Source: a virus
IMG/VR virus record: IMGVR_UViG_3300037246_000990
Location: 32,001 to 96,000 of that record
Strand: one strand, 5' to 3'
DNA length: 64,000 bases
In this document: piece after piece, positions 54,264 to 64,000 of the stretch
Numbering within the stretch: position 1 is the first letter of the stretch
Layout of the letters: every line of letters starts with the position of its first letter
The notes under the pieces: model-generated
Told to the model about the DNA's origin: nothing
What the model saw: the letters and a program-made list of their open reading frames with translations, nothing else
The model's database searches: none
Made by a program: the position numbers and the translations under genes

Positions 54264-57200
54264 CAAGAAGGGTAACTGGATAGGTAAGACTAAGGATGAA
54301 GTAGATGCCTTCGTGTCCTCCCTCGATGAGGAGATGCAGACAGTACCTAAGGAACTCCAATTACAAATCCAGGCCCTAGGTGATCAGGTGCTGGGTGCTA
54401 ACAGCGCTCTGGTAAAGTCAAACAAGAACAGGGGGAAGGCATTTTCCAACATTCTGTACAAGGGAGTCAAGCCGGTAGATATTGTGATCCCGGTGTATGG
54501 TGGGCTCCACGTCTTAGCTCCATGTCTCGCTTCCATCATCCAGCGTACAGGTTGGCCGTACAGACTCATCCTCGTTGACGACGCCTCGCCTGACAAGGGC
54601 ACCACTGCGTGGCTTAAGACGTGGGCTACGGAGCACCCCAACCACACCGTCCTCTACAACAAGAAGAATCGAGGCTTCGCTGCCACAGTCAACCGAGGCA
54701 TCGAGGCAGGGGATAACGACTACATCTGCGTCCTCAATTCAGACGTGCTGGTCACGAAAGGCTGGCTCTTCAAGCTGGTGGTGGCGATGGAGACGGATCC
54801 GAAGCACAACAAAATCATCAACCCCTGCACCAACAACACCGCCCTTATCAACATCCCTCTCCAAGAGGGCTACGACTACAACGATATGAACCGGGCCTTT
54901 GAGAAGCTGTCTTCTCATTCCTACCCGGAGATCATGCCTACAGGCTTCTGCTTCTTCATGCCCCGCTCTTTAGTGAATGACATAGGTACCTTCGATGAGG
55001 GGTACGTGTCCTACGGTGAGGAGTCAGACTTCTGGATGCGGACAATTACTCGGATCCATAATGGTGGAGTGGTGAACTGGAGATCAATACTCGCAGACGA
55101 CACTTACATCTTCCACGAGAGAGGCACCTCGTTCGGTGTGATGGGCGCGGAAGAGCACATGGGGTTCCGGAAAGCAGGGTCAGCCCGGTTTCATGGTATC
55201 TGGCCTGGGTTCAAGGCATGGGAACAGTCCTTTGACATCCGTAAGTCCTTAGCAACCTTAAGGACACCTGTCGCTGAAGACCTCATCAAGAAAGAGAACC
55301 CGCCGTACCACATCTGCTTCGTGGTGTACAGCACGGAGAATTGCGGTGGCATGAAGGTGATTGCAGACATCGTTAACCACCTCAATGAGACAGGAGTAGA
55401 CGCTAAGATCGCTCACGTCAAGAGAGACCCTAAAATGAAGAAGAACGTGTTGCCTTCACTGCGGACAGAACCCATCGTATTTGAAGGCACGCCTGACTTC
55501 ATCAACAACTTCCACGACCGAGTGTTCAAAGAAGGTATCGTGGTAGCTGGTACTGGAGAGCTGATGCCTCTGGTGGCTGCGGTTACTCACGGGAACTCCA
55601 AACTGACCTCGATCCATTTCTCACAGAGTGATGACCTCTGTATCGCCCCCTCCAAGCAGTTGAAGGATTCTATCAGGAACGCTAACAAGCTGGCTGACTT
55701 CACCTTCACCAATAGCAAGTGGACAGCGAAGAAGATGGCTAAATCTCACAAGGTACACGGCACCATCAACCCTGGGTACGACGAACTGATGTTCTCCCCT
55801 AAAGGTAGAGAAGAAGGTGACGAGCGTCCTACTATGTTGGTGTCTCTCGGCAATCAGGTGTACCCCTTCAAGGGGCATGACCGTGGTGTCGAGCTGTGTC
55901 ACCACGTACATAGGCTTTGCAAAGAGAATAAGAAGGAGGTTCGGATCCTGGCTAACGGAGTTGATTCGGTGCAAGGCTCTCCCTACATTATAGGGCTAGG
56001 TATCCTACCTCAGACGAGGTTCGCCAAGGTTTTAGGGACAGAGGTAGACGTCTACGTTGATCCTGCAAGGAACCACAGCTACGGGCTACCCTCCTTAGAG
56101 GCGATGGCTTCTGGTGCAGTGCCGGTGTGTTGGGACAACAAGGGCATCAGGGAGTATGCGACGCACGATCTTGACGCTATCGTCCTCAACAACAAGACAG
56201 TACCCGAGGTCCTGGCAGAGAGGATCTACAACCTCCTATTCAATGAGCCGAAGCGATTAGCTCAGCTCAGGGAAGCGGGGCAGAAGACAGTTCGGAAGCT
56301 GACCCGGCAACAAGGAGTCTTCGACTTCATCAAGCTGCTAGAGAAGAAGCTCGACCTCAGAGTGCAATCTAAGAAGATTGCAATTATCACCCCGCACCTA
56401 AGGAAGCACGGCGGACCCACCACTATCCTGAACACGGCCAACATGCTCCAAAAAGCAGGGCACAATGTGTGTCTCTACTCCATTTACACCGATATCGCCC
56501 CAAGCATTCAGAAGAGCTGTGAGGTACCGCTGCGGGTGGACTGGCAGAACATTCCGCCTTGTGACTTGTTGATCTCGAACTCAGACAACGAACACAACAA
56601 GGAATTCCTTGAGATGTCACACATTAATAAGAAGGTCATGCTCAAGCTGTCACACAACCCCAGGTTCCAGTCACTAGAGGCTGACTCGTTGAACCTTAAG
56701 TGGGACGCCATAGCCACCAGCACGCAGTGGCTAAAGGATGCGTGTGAGACGGTGACTGAGGGGTGGAAATACAAGACACATAAGAACGCTAAGCGGGTGG
56801 GGTGGTACCACTACGGACATGAGCTGTTCAGTGCAGCAGCAAACCGCCGAAGGTTCGGCGATAAGGACGTCGGCCTCACCGTAGGAACATTGATCCATCA
56901 ACATCCTCTTAAGGGAACCACTGAGGCACTTCAAGTTATGGAAGCTATGGCTCGTAGGTACCCCAGTAAGCTCCAGTTGGTGGGTGTAGGTGAAGCACCT
57001 GAGTTTGCTAAGACGAAACCTGACTGGTTGAACTACGTACTCAGCCCGAGCAGAGAAGAGATGTCTAAAGTCATGGCGCAGGTAGACATTTGGATCGTCG
57101 CATCCCATACCGAGGGGCTAGGGCGCATGACGTTGGAGGCCATGTCCAGCGCTTGCGCCATTGTGTCCACTGACACCGGGGCTGAGTTCCTTGAAGACGG

Positions 57201-57384
57201 GAAGAACTGCCTGCTTGCTAAGGTAGGCGACGTCGAAGGTCTTACGAAGTGCGTTGATATCCTCTACCAAGAGACAGAGTACAAACAAACTCTAGTGAGT
57301 GCTGGCTTCGACACAGCAACAAAAGCGGCCGACTCGACGGAGTATAAGAAGAACTGGAACAGGATCATAGGAGACTTGTTTTGA
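54253..57384 (+). CDS. multidomain glycosyltransferase (GT2 + two GT4-like modules)
   Basis: [24 protein letters not shown]; [12 protein letters not shown]; [13 protein letters not shown]; start uncertain. Confidence 0.9.
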   Translation: MPFDKKGNWIGKTKDEVDAFVSSLDEEMQTVPKELQLQIQALGDQVLGANSALVKSNKNRGKAFSNILYKGVKPVDIVIPVYGGLHVLAPCLASIIQRTGWPYRLILVDDASPDKGTTAWLKTWATEHPNHTVLYNKKNRGFAATVNRGIEAGDNDYICVLNSDVLVTKGWLFKLVVAMETDPKHNKIINPCTNNTALINIPLQEGYDYNDMNRAFEKLSSHSYPEIMPTGFCFFMPRSLVNDIGTFDEGYVSYGEESDFWMRTITRIHNGGVVNWRSILADDTYIFHERGTSFGVMGAEEHMGFRKAGSARFHGIWPGFKAWEQSFDIRKSLATLRTPVAEDLIKKENPPYHICFVVYSTENCGGMKVIADIVNHLNETGVDAKIAHVKRDPKMKKNVLPSLRTEPIVFEGTPDFINNFHDRVFKEGIVVAGTGELMPLVAAVTHGNSKLTSIHFSQSDDLCIAPSKQLKDSIRNANKLADFTFTNSKWTAKKMAKSHKVHGTINPGYDELMFSPKGREEGDERPTMLVSLGNQVYPFKGHDRGVELCHHVHRLCKENKKEVRILANGVDSVQGSPYIIGLGILPQTRFAKVLGTEVDVYVDPARNHSYGLPSLEAMASGAVPVCWDNKGIREYATHDLDAIVLNNKTVPEVLAERIYNLLFNEPKRLAQLREAGQKTVRKLTRQQGVFDFIKLLEKKLDLRVQSKKIAIITPHLRKHGGPTTILNTANMLQKAGHNVCLYSIYTDIAPSIQKSCEVPLRVDWQNIPPCDLLISNSDNEHNKEFLEMSHINKKVMLKLSHNPRFQSLEADSLNLKWDAIATSTQWLKDACETVTEGWKYKTHKNAKRVGWYHYGHELFSAAANRRRFGDKDVGLTVGTLIHQHPLKGTTEALQVMEAMARRYPSKLQLVGVGEAPEFAKTKPDWLNYVLSPSREEMSKVMAQVDIWIVASHTEGLGRMTLEAMSSACAIVSTDTGAEFLEDGKNCLLAKVGDVEGLTKCVDILYQETEYKQTLVSAGFDTATKAADSTEYKKNWNRIIGDLF

Positions 57385-57537
57385 ACCAAGAAGAACTGAC
57401 CAAACAGATTGAGCATGCTTTCCAGTACGCAGCACCCGGGAAGTTCAAGAACACCAAAGAGGCGCTACAGGTAGTAGCTTCAGCTCTCCGATTCTTGACG
57501 AATCAGTGTGAAAACATGGACACAATAGAGGCTCCGA

Positions 57538-58287
57538 ATGACGACGACTAGAGCTGTAGCTATTAGCACATACAACAGAAGTACCCGTTTAGGTGAAGTA
57601 ATAGAAGGAGTGCTGAGCACTGTACCTAAAAACACAGACGTGTTCGTAGTAGATGATGGTAGTACAGATTCCACTGCTAGTTTGATGGGTAGCTTCCGGG
57701 GCGCACACTACTACCGGGGCCCGAACATGGGGGTTGGTACGAACAAAACCCGCTGCTTGTATCTCATGAAGAACCACCACTTCAGTTGCATTCTCGAAGA
57801 CGATCTTGTACCCACAGAGAAGAACTGGTTTGAATGCTATGAGGCCGCAGCCACCTTGATGGATGTCCATCACTGGTGTCGGGTCCAAGACAAAGAGATA
57901 TCGGAGACAATGCCGTCCTTTACTGAATACATGAAGAAGACTATGAACGCCACCCCAATCTACGCATCGTCGCCGAGGGGGGACATGACCTTCATCACTC
58001 GTAAGGTCATCAGCACGGTCGGTGGTATGGACCCCGCGTTCCAGGGCGTTGGATATGCTCACGGTAGCTGGAGTAACAGAGTAGTGCGGGCAGGGCTTAT
58101 CTCTCATCCTCTTAAGTGGATCGACATCGCTGAATGCCGGGATAAGTTTAAGCAGGTGGGCGACACAGAAGGGGGCCGCTGGGATGAAGATCCGGAGAAG
58201 ATTAAGAAGCAGCTCGCGTATAATAAGAAGGTATCGAAGAAGCTGGGCGACCTTGAGCAAATCTACTGTCCGCTGAGGCTACGCTAA
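57538..58287 (+). CDS. glycosyltransferase family 2
   Basis: ISTYNR, VVDDGSTD, LEDD. Confidence 0.88.
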   Translation: MTTTRAVAISTYNRSTRLGEVIEGVLSTVPKNTDVFVVDDGSTDSTASLMGSFRGAHYYRGPNMGVGTNKTRCLYLMKNHHFSCILEDDLVPTEKNWFECYEAAATLMDVHHWCRVQDKEISETMPSFTEYMKKTMNATPIYASSPRGDMTFITRKVISTVGGMDPAFQGVGYAHGSWSNRVVRAGLISHPLKWIDIAECRDKFKQVGDTEGGRWDEDPEKIKKQLAYNKKVSKKLGDLEQIYCPLRLR

Positions 58288-59216
58288 TGGCTAATATTCT
58301 TCTAGGCTATCGGCAGGACTACGATAAGCGCGGCGATCTTGTGAAGTCGTACTCTCATAGCACACATCAAGCTTTAATAAATCTGAACCATTCTGTTACC
58401 CCTGTAGGTGAGGGTCACGATCTTGTTTCTCTGTCCGATCCACGGTGGTCGAAGACACCTAAAGATGTAATGGATTACGATTTGTTCCTTGACATCGATA
58501 GCGGGCGCAACAAGGACGGAGAGTTGGCCTTTCAGACTGAGAAGCCTCCTATCCTCTCGGCTGTACGATTTATAGATTCGCACGGCCACGCTACCCTGCA
58601 TAAGCGGCTAGCTAAGAACTATGACCATGTGTTCTTTGCAGTGTGGGATAAACGGGATCTGTTCACCAAACATCCGTCATCCCACTGGTGCCCAAATGCT
58701 TCAGATGCGAAATACTTTTACAAGGATATCCTCCCTGACGCACATGAATCTCGGCCCTTCGACGTGGGGTTCTTCGGGAGTAAGCACGGGCTTGATCGGG
58801 CCGACATACTCAAGACTGTAGGGGACCGCAACAAGTGGAAGCTCGACATCCGACAGCTTGGGAAGACCACGAATCGATGGCCGCACACAGCCGAGGCCAT
58901 GGCGCAGTGCAGAGTGTTGTTCAACAAGGGCCAGAAGCACGACGGTCCTAATCAACGGGTGCTTGAGAGCATGCTGATGGAGCGTCCGCTGGTTAATGAT
59001 CGCGATCCTAGGGATGGTATGTCACAGCTCTTTGAGGAGGGGGAGCACTACCTCGGTTACGATAGTGATTCGGAACTCGCTAACAACATCCAGTGGTGCC
59101 TCCGAGAACCATCCTTGGCTAGCGCTATGGCTAAGCGAGCTTATCGGGTGGCGTACGAGAAACACCAAGTCAAGCACAGGGTGGAACAGATACTGGAGGT
59201 GACAGGTGTCGGATAA
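58287..59216 (+). CDS. glycosyltransferase (CgeB/Glyco_trans_1_2-like)
   Basis: DVGFFG, NQRVLES, LFEEGEHY, H..KHRVEQIL. Confidence 0.85.
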   Translation: MANILLGYRQDYDKRGDLVKSYSHSTHQALINLNHSVTPVGEGHDLVSLSDPRWSKTPKDVMDYDLFLDIDSGRNKDGELAFQTEKPPILSAVRFIDSHGHATLHKRLAKNYDHVFFAVWDKRDLFTKHPSSHWCPNASDAKYFYKDILPDAHESRPFDVGFFGSKHGLDRADILKTVGDRNKWKLDIRQLGKTTNRWPHTAEAMAQCRVLFNKGQKHDGPNQRVLESMLMERPLVNDRDPRDGMSQLFEEGEHYLGYDSDSELANNIQWCLREPSLASAMAKRAYRVAYEKHQVKHRVEQILEVTGVG

Positions 59217-59380
59217 AGAAAAGCGGGAGCAACGATGGCGAGCTAGCGCTCATATTCAATTCTTGATTAAACAGTTGAGAAAGCAGAGAGAGCAGAAAAG
59301 AATGTCAGTTGAAACTGTACAGAAATGTAAGGAGACTATAAAGAGGCTTAAGCGTCTTAAAGATGAGGAGATGACAGGGA

Positions 59381-59818
59381 TTGGGTAAGAAAGGCTGTAA
59401 AGAAGGTTTGAGTATAGCAGAACGTATTGACGAAAACGTTGATAAGAGTTCTGGTTGCTGGGCTTGGCTTTTATATACTAAACCTTATGGGTACGGTCAT
59501 TTCAAGGTAAATGGGAGAACAAGGCGAGCACACAGGGTATCCTGGGAAGAGTTTAATGGACCAATACCAGAAGGAATGTTTGTTTGTCATGATTGTGATA
59601 ACCCGTCGTGTGTTAATCCTGAACACTTATTCTTAGGGACGCAGGCCGATAACTTACAAGACATGAAACAAAAAGGTAGAGGAAGAGGTAGGTTCTCTGG
59701 GGTTACTCATTGTAGATTAGGGCATCCTTTCTCTTTAGCTACAAGTGGAAAGCGTATCTGTAGAACCTGTCATCGTCAAAGAGATAAAGCTAGGTATCAT
59801 AGGAGAAAACATGGATAA
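59381..59818 (+). CDS. HNH homing endonuclease
   Basis: [26 protein letters not shown]; C-terminal THC..GH..C..C. Confidence 0.9.
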   Translation: MGKKGCKEGLSIAERIDENVDKSSGCWAWLLYTKPYGYGHFKVNGRTRRAHRVSWEEFNGPIPEGMFVCHDCDNPSCVNPEHLFLGTQADNLQDMKQKGRGRGRFSGVTHCRLGHPFSLATSGKRICRTCHRQRDKARYHRRKHG

Positions 59819-60566
59819 GATAAGAGGTCTTACGCCAACAATTCTAGCCATGAATGACCAGTTCTGGCTCCCCTACGCTCTAGAATCCCTTCGCGGTCGA
59901 TTCGAGCGTTATGTAATATATGATGCGGGAAGTGAGGATGAGACCGGGAATATTATTGATTGGTTTTGTGAAACAGAAGAGGCTGAGTTCTTCGTTCGCA
60001 AGCTGCCGTTCGCCGTGCCCTCTATCCAGGGATGCTACCGCAACTCTATGCTGGTGGAGGCTGAAACAGAGTGGACGTACATGGTAGACTGCGATGAGGT
60101 GTACCACCCAACCAGTCTTGATAACTTACGTAAAATATGTTTGAGAAACGGTGACACGGCTACTGCTTTCCAAGAAAGCATCAAGTACGGGGTAGTGCAA
60201 CGCATAGAAATGGCTGGGAATCTGCTTCAGAAGTACTCAGACGAGCGCACACACCACCGCCTATACCGCCGGAACGCTTACTTCACCGGTAACCACCCAG
60301 GAGAAGCACCTAAGTTTAAGCAACGACAGAACAACGAGATTATTATTGAAGACGTCACATGCTGGCACTTCCACAATGCTCTTCGCTCCCCCTTGGAGGG
60401 GTCGGTGCCGAAGAGACTGGATCGAAAGTCCCAAGGTACGTACCACCCAGGAGAGTTGGTACCCTTCGATCTGTTGAAAGAACTGCCTATCCTACGGGAA
60501 CCGATCAATGACTTCCCAGTCAGTCCCGATTTGGAAAGGCTACAGCATGGCGCTCGTAAGATGTAA
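59811..60566 (+). CDS. glycosyltransferase family 2-like
   Basis: N..FW..YALES; YDAGSEDET; VDCDE (DxD). Confidence 0.8.
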   Translation: MDKIRGLTPTILAMNDQFWLPYALESLRGRFERYVIYDAGSEDETGNIIDWFCETEEAEFFVRKLPFAVPSIQGCYRNSMLVEAETEWTYMVDCDEVYHPTSLDNLRKICLRNGDTATAFQESIKYGVVQRIEMAGNLLQKYSDERTHHRLYRRNAYFTGNHPGEAPKFKQRQNNEIIIEDVTCWHFHNALRSPLEGSVPKRLDRKSQGTYHPGELVPFDLLKELPILREPINDFPVSPDLERLQHGARKM

Positions 60567-60735
60567 GTGCGGCAGGTATACTCAGAATGGATTTCTCTGC
60601 ACTAACTGTCAGAAGGATTCTTCTATCGATTTAATGTACTACACCCCAGAGGATGTCGAGGATGAGGATGAGTTCGATGAGTACGGATTCCTCATCATTG
60701 ATACTCTAGAAGAGTGCAATGCAGAGGATGATTAG
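60547..60735 (+). CDS. small Cys/acidic protein
   Basis: CKC...CTNC, acidic tail. Confidence 0.55.
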   Translation: MALVRCKCGRYTQNGFLCTNCQKDSSIDLMYYTPEDVEDEDEFDEYGFLIIDTLEECNAEDD

Positions 60736-61121
60736 AAGTCTATTTCGTACTGCGGGTTCTTAAGCTCCCCGGCCTCGCACATCAATTCCCGTGCTCTATC
60801 CACCGCCATTGAATGTCTGTTCATCAAATCCCACTGCATCTGCACATAAAAACACATGAGCTTACCGTACTTATAGTCAGGGCTGTTCTCTTTTGCTTCT
60901 TCGCAGTACTGGATGCGCTCTGTCAGGTGTATCATCTCTTTATATTGGAAGCTGTAACTATCGGCCAGCGCCTCACAAGGGAAGCCGAGGTACAATGTTA
61001 CCAGATTAGGGTCTACCTCATCAACAGGTGTGTCTGTTCTAGCTCGGAACGCCACAAGAAACAGTATCGCTAACACACACGCCAAACCCAAGGCATACGC
61101 TGCTACTCTACTAATCATCAA
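60732..61121 (-). CDS. membrane-anchored or secreted hypothetical protein
   Basis: N-terminal hydrophobic helix; convergent with the + strand block. Confidence 0.7.
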   Translation of the reverse strand: MMISRVAAYALGLACVLAILFLVAFRARTDTPVDEVDPNLVTLYLGFPCEALADSYSFQYKEMIHLTERIQYCEEAKENSPDYKYGKLMCFYVQMQWDLMNRHSMAVDRARELMCEAGELKNPQYEIDF

Positions 61122-64000
61122 CTTCTCCCTTTCAACATGTATTCTTTGCGGAGAGCTTCAAGCAACTCCTCCCTCGCTCGGTTTCTTTCTTGCCCAGCCC
61201 ATTGCCCTGCTTGTTCTAGTCTGTCTTCAATGTCTGACTGGGACCACTGCCGCAGCTTCGGGTGCTGCCCTAGTCTATCCGAGATCCCCTTCAGGTAGCG
61301 GGTGTACTTCTCCTGAGCTATTAGCGGGCTGTGCTGGAACTGCTCAGCGAACGAACCTTGGATCTCTGTCAGGATCTGCACGATCTCCCTCTCGTTGCCC
61401 TTGTTGAGGTGGTAGTCGAGGTTCTTAGCGAGGTGCTTCCGGATCTTGTACATGTGCTGCTCTGTCTTGCTCTCGTTGGCGAGCTGCTGCTCACCGGTGG
61501 CAGCGTACGACTTGAAGACACCGAAGTTGTTGATCCAGAAGTCGTTGGTCATGCTGCCGGGTCGCCCTGTCATCGGGTCGATAGCGTTACCTGTGTCGAT
61601 CAGGAACCGGGATATGTTGGTAATGCCTGTAGGTTCGCCCCACAGCGGCACATCGGGTGTTGACATCTTCAGACCGTACTTCTGAAGGATAGGAGGTGCC
61701 AAGAAACCCAGCATACCAGCGATAGTCTTGGAGAGACCCCCCAAAACAGTACCGTCACCAGCAGGCTCGCCATAAGGAGTCTCGCCTGTGAAGGCAGAGA
61801 TCATCGGCTTTAGGATGGCGAGGGGCTCGGCTGGCATCTGCTCCAACAGCCCAGGCAAGTCCTGCCACGGAGCGTAGTTGCCGCCGAAGTCCGGGGCGTT
61901 CGTGGTCATCATGAACGTGGAGTGAGGTAGGAAGTCCAGCATCGCACCCCGCATCTGCTTGGCATGCGCTTCATCTGTGCTCATGGCGGCTAGGAACCCA
62001 CCGAAGGCGCCGCCGGTCAGTCCACCAGCGTACGCTGCTTTGGCACTCTTCCCCATTATGGCTCCTGCTGCCGCACCGAACAAGGCACCGGTGCCACCAC
62101 CACCCACAGCAGCGATAGCACGCCCCTCTCCAAGCAGGGTGGTGTGAGCCTGCGCCCAGAAGGGGAGCTGGCGCTTGGACTCTCGCACTTCTGTCGGATC
62201 CCCTGCAAATCCCATGCCACTCATCATCGATTGAATGACTTGAGGCGCACGCAGCCAGGGGATCATCCGGAGGGGGTGATCTTGGAGGTTGTTCTTCGTG
62301 ATACGTAGGGCTTCAGCAGGGAACGTAGCCCACGGGAAGGCGAACTTACGGCCACGCTTAATAGCGGACCCCACGGTTCCGTACATAGGGAGCCGTCTAG
62401 CCACCTCTGTCACGGCTGATTGTCTTGACAGGCCCCTGCCCCTGAGGTGGATGAAATACGCCATCTTGGGGACCATATCCTCAGCGAGGTACGCCTTGGT
62501 CAGTTGGTCGAACCACTTCACTCTGTTGCCCACCTGGGCGATGTCTTTTGTCTTCGTGTAAGCCCTGATCACACCCTTAGTGAAGATCTGCGTGTCAGAC
62601 AGGGCCTTTCCCATCCGTTCCAATGCTCTCGAACCCTCGATTTGTTCAAACGCTGACGCCTCAAGCAGCTCCTGCACTGTGGGGTCGAAGAACTCATCGG
62701 CTAGGTTCAACCGCTGACCCTTGAAGCCCGCCTCTGACCCCAGGTCTATGCCTTTGAGGAGGCCCTCTGAGTCGAATAGCTTGCCTCTTGTCGTCATACC
62801 CGCCTCGGTGGCCACCTTGTTGATCTCAGCGATCTTGTTGAAGGTTGTAGTCATCCGGCCCATGAGAGCGATGTTTTCAGGTGAGGCTACGTTGAAGCCA
62901 GCCTGAGCCAAGAAGGACATGTTACCCGTGAGGTTCTGGATGTGGGTCGGGACGGATCCTGCTGTCTTCATCGTCTTATAGATCGTGGTCATGATATCCA
63001 TGAGGGAGTGGGAGATCTGCTGGGTCTGGGCCATCATACCTCGCTCACCCCAGATCTCATTGAAGACATCAGTCTTGATCCACGGAAGCGCCTCTTCTGC
63101 CTTCCCTGTCTTCTTCGCAATCATGCGCCTGAGGATGGCAGATGCACCGTCAGGAGCGTTCTCCAGCGACACATAGCCAAGTTGTTTCATCTTTCTAGCA
63201 CCAAACCCAGATGCTTTCGCGAGGTCAGAAGGCTGGAAGAGGGTGCTGTTCGGTTTGGTAATCATGTCTGTGATGAATTGGAAGTTGGAATGCAGGATCC
63301 CATCAGTCATGTACCCGTTGATAGTAACGTCGGCCATGTCGGTGACCATATCACCAGACTGGAGGCGTTCAAAGATGTCTTCAGGCGTACCTGTCCGGTG
63401 CTTCAGGGTGGGGCTGCTCAGTTTAGGTTCGTGGCGTGTTGTAATTGCTACGTGCTGGTACTCGCCGACGGCTTTGATCTTGCCCTCTTCCTCGATGATA
63501 CCTGTCGCCCGTTTCTTTCCAGGCTTGGGCTTGATAGGCACCATGTGTGTGGTGGTGGGGCTGATATCACCAAGTCCTGGCGTATCTTTGTATGTAGCAG
63601 GAAGGTGAGCAGGGCCGATGCTTTTGAACGTTTCTTCGGTGATGAACCCGCTCTTTACCATCTCGGATTGCCGTCGCTTCGCTGCTTCATAGTAGAAGTC
63701 AGCCCACTTCTGGTTTTTGACGGACAGTTTACCGTACTGCTTTGTCGCTGCTGTTGTTAGCCCTCTACCGGGTGCGATTCTACCGAGGAGATATGCGTAG
63801 ATAGCGGGGCTATCCACCTCGGTGGGCATTTCTCGGAGGATGGTACCGATAGTGTCATTCTGCCACAGCTTGTCGTGCATTTCATGGAACGCACTCTTGA
63901 CACCACCGTTGGCGGCATCGTCGATCAGGGCGTTGTAGGTCTGCGCGAACCTTCTATCGAACTCATGCTGTATTCTCTCCCAAGCGTTGAGGGGCTCATC
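61118..64000 (-). CDS. large protein, C-terminal part (probable internal virion/ejection protein)
   Basis: frame open to the window edge (>960 aa); helical, Gly/Ala hydrophobic hairpin, AFPWATF motif. Confidence 0.7.
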   Translation of the reverse strand, partial: DEPLNAWERIQHEFDRRFAQTYNALIDDAANGGVKSAFHEMHDKLWQNDTIGTILREMPTEVDSPAIYAYLLGRIAPGRGLTTAATKQYGKLSVKNQKWADFYYEAAKRRQSEMVKSGFITEETFKSIGPAHLPATYKDTPGLGDISPTTTHMVPIKPKPGKKRATGIIEEEGKIKAVGEYQHVAITTRHEPKLSSPTLKHRTGTPEDIFERLQSGDMVTDMADVTINGYMTDGILHSNFQFITDMITKPNSTLFQPSDLAKASGFGARKMKQLGYVSLENAPDGASAILRRMIAKKTGKAEEALPWIKTDVFNEIWGERGMMAQTQQISHSLMDIMTTIYKTMKTAGSVPTHIQNLTGNMSFLAQAGFNVASPENIALMGRMTTTFNKIAEINKVATEAGMTTRGKLFDSEGLLKGIDLGSEAGFKGQRLNLADEFFDPTVQELLEASAFEQIEGSRALERMGKALSDTQIFTKGVIRAYTKTKDIAQVGNRVKWFDQLTKAYLAEDMVPKMAYFIHLRGRGLSRQSAVTEVARRLPMYGTVGSAIKRGRKFAFPWATFPAEALRITKNNLQDHPLRMIPWLRAPQVIQSMMSGMGFAGDPTEVRESKRQLPFWAQAHTTLLGEGRAIAAVGGGGTGALFGAAAGAIMGKSAKAAYAGGLTGGAFGGFLAAMSTDEAHAKQMRGAMLDFLPHSTFMMTTNAPDFGGNYAPWQDLPGLLEQMPAEPLAILKPMISAFTGETPYGEPAGDGTVLGGLSKTIAGMLGFLAPPILQKYGLKMSTPDVPLWGEPTGITNISRFLIDTGNAIDPMTGRPGSMTNDFWINNFGVFKSYAATGEQQLANESKTEQHMYKIRKHLAKNLDYHLNKGNEREIVQILTEIQGSFAEQFQHSPLIAQEKYTRYLKGISDRLGQHPKLRQWSQSDIEDRLEQAGQWAGQERNRAREELLEALRKEYMLKGRS

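Noticed and set aside
61030-63760. + strand ORFs over the large - strand gene (and - strand ORFs over the core genes)
   Set aside because: These are antisense shadows from codon bias, with no RBS or motifs.

Overview
This window is part of a large lytic-type dsDNA bacteriophage genome; nearly all genes from 1344 to 60735 are on the + strand. From left to right it contains: (i) a short - strand unit (degenerate tRNA-Thr, candidate structured RNA, HNH gene); (ii) a 5.5-kb tandem array of 17 paralogous small H-x-C...C-x2-C zinc-finger-like genes; (iii) a ~640-bp non-coding gap; (iv) an early/host-takeover-like region of small genes separated by re-used hairpin and motif cassettes, with tRNA-His; (v) a replication/recombination/nucleotide block (DUF932, AAA+VWA, sigma factor, SF2 helicase, ligase, RtcB, DnaB, primase, PolA with UDG-like domain, SSB, RecA, SbcCD, ClpP, endonuclease VII, exonuclease); (vi) a four-gene glycosyltransferase cluster; and (vii) the 3' end of a large convergent gene, probably a virion protein. 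The main finding is a family of about 32 paralogous mini-proteins with a fixed framework (G-x-W/F strand, HxC, CxxC, P-x-G/E-I-Q-G/A helix) and a hypervariable central loop. They occur both as the array and singly between core genes. All calls come from reading motifs by eye; no database searches were run.
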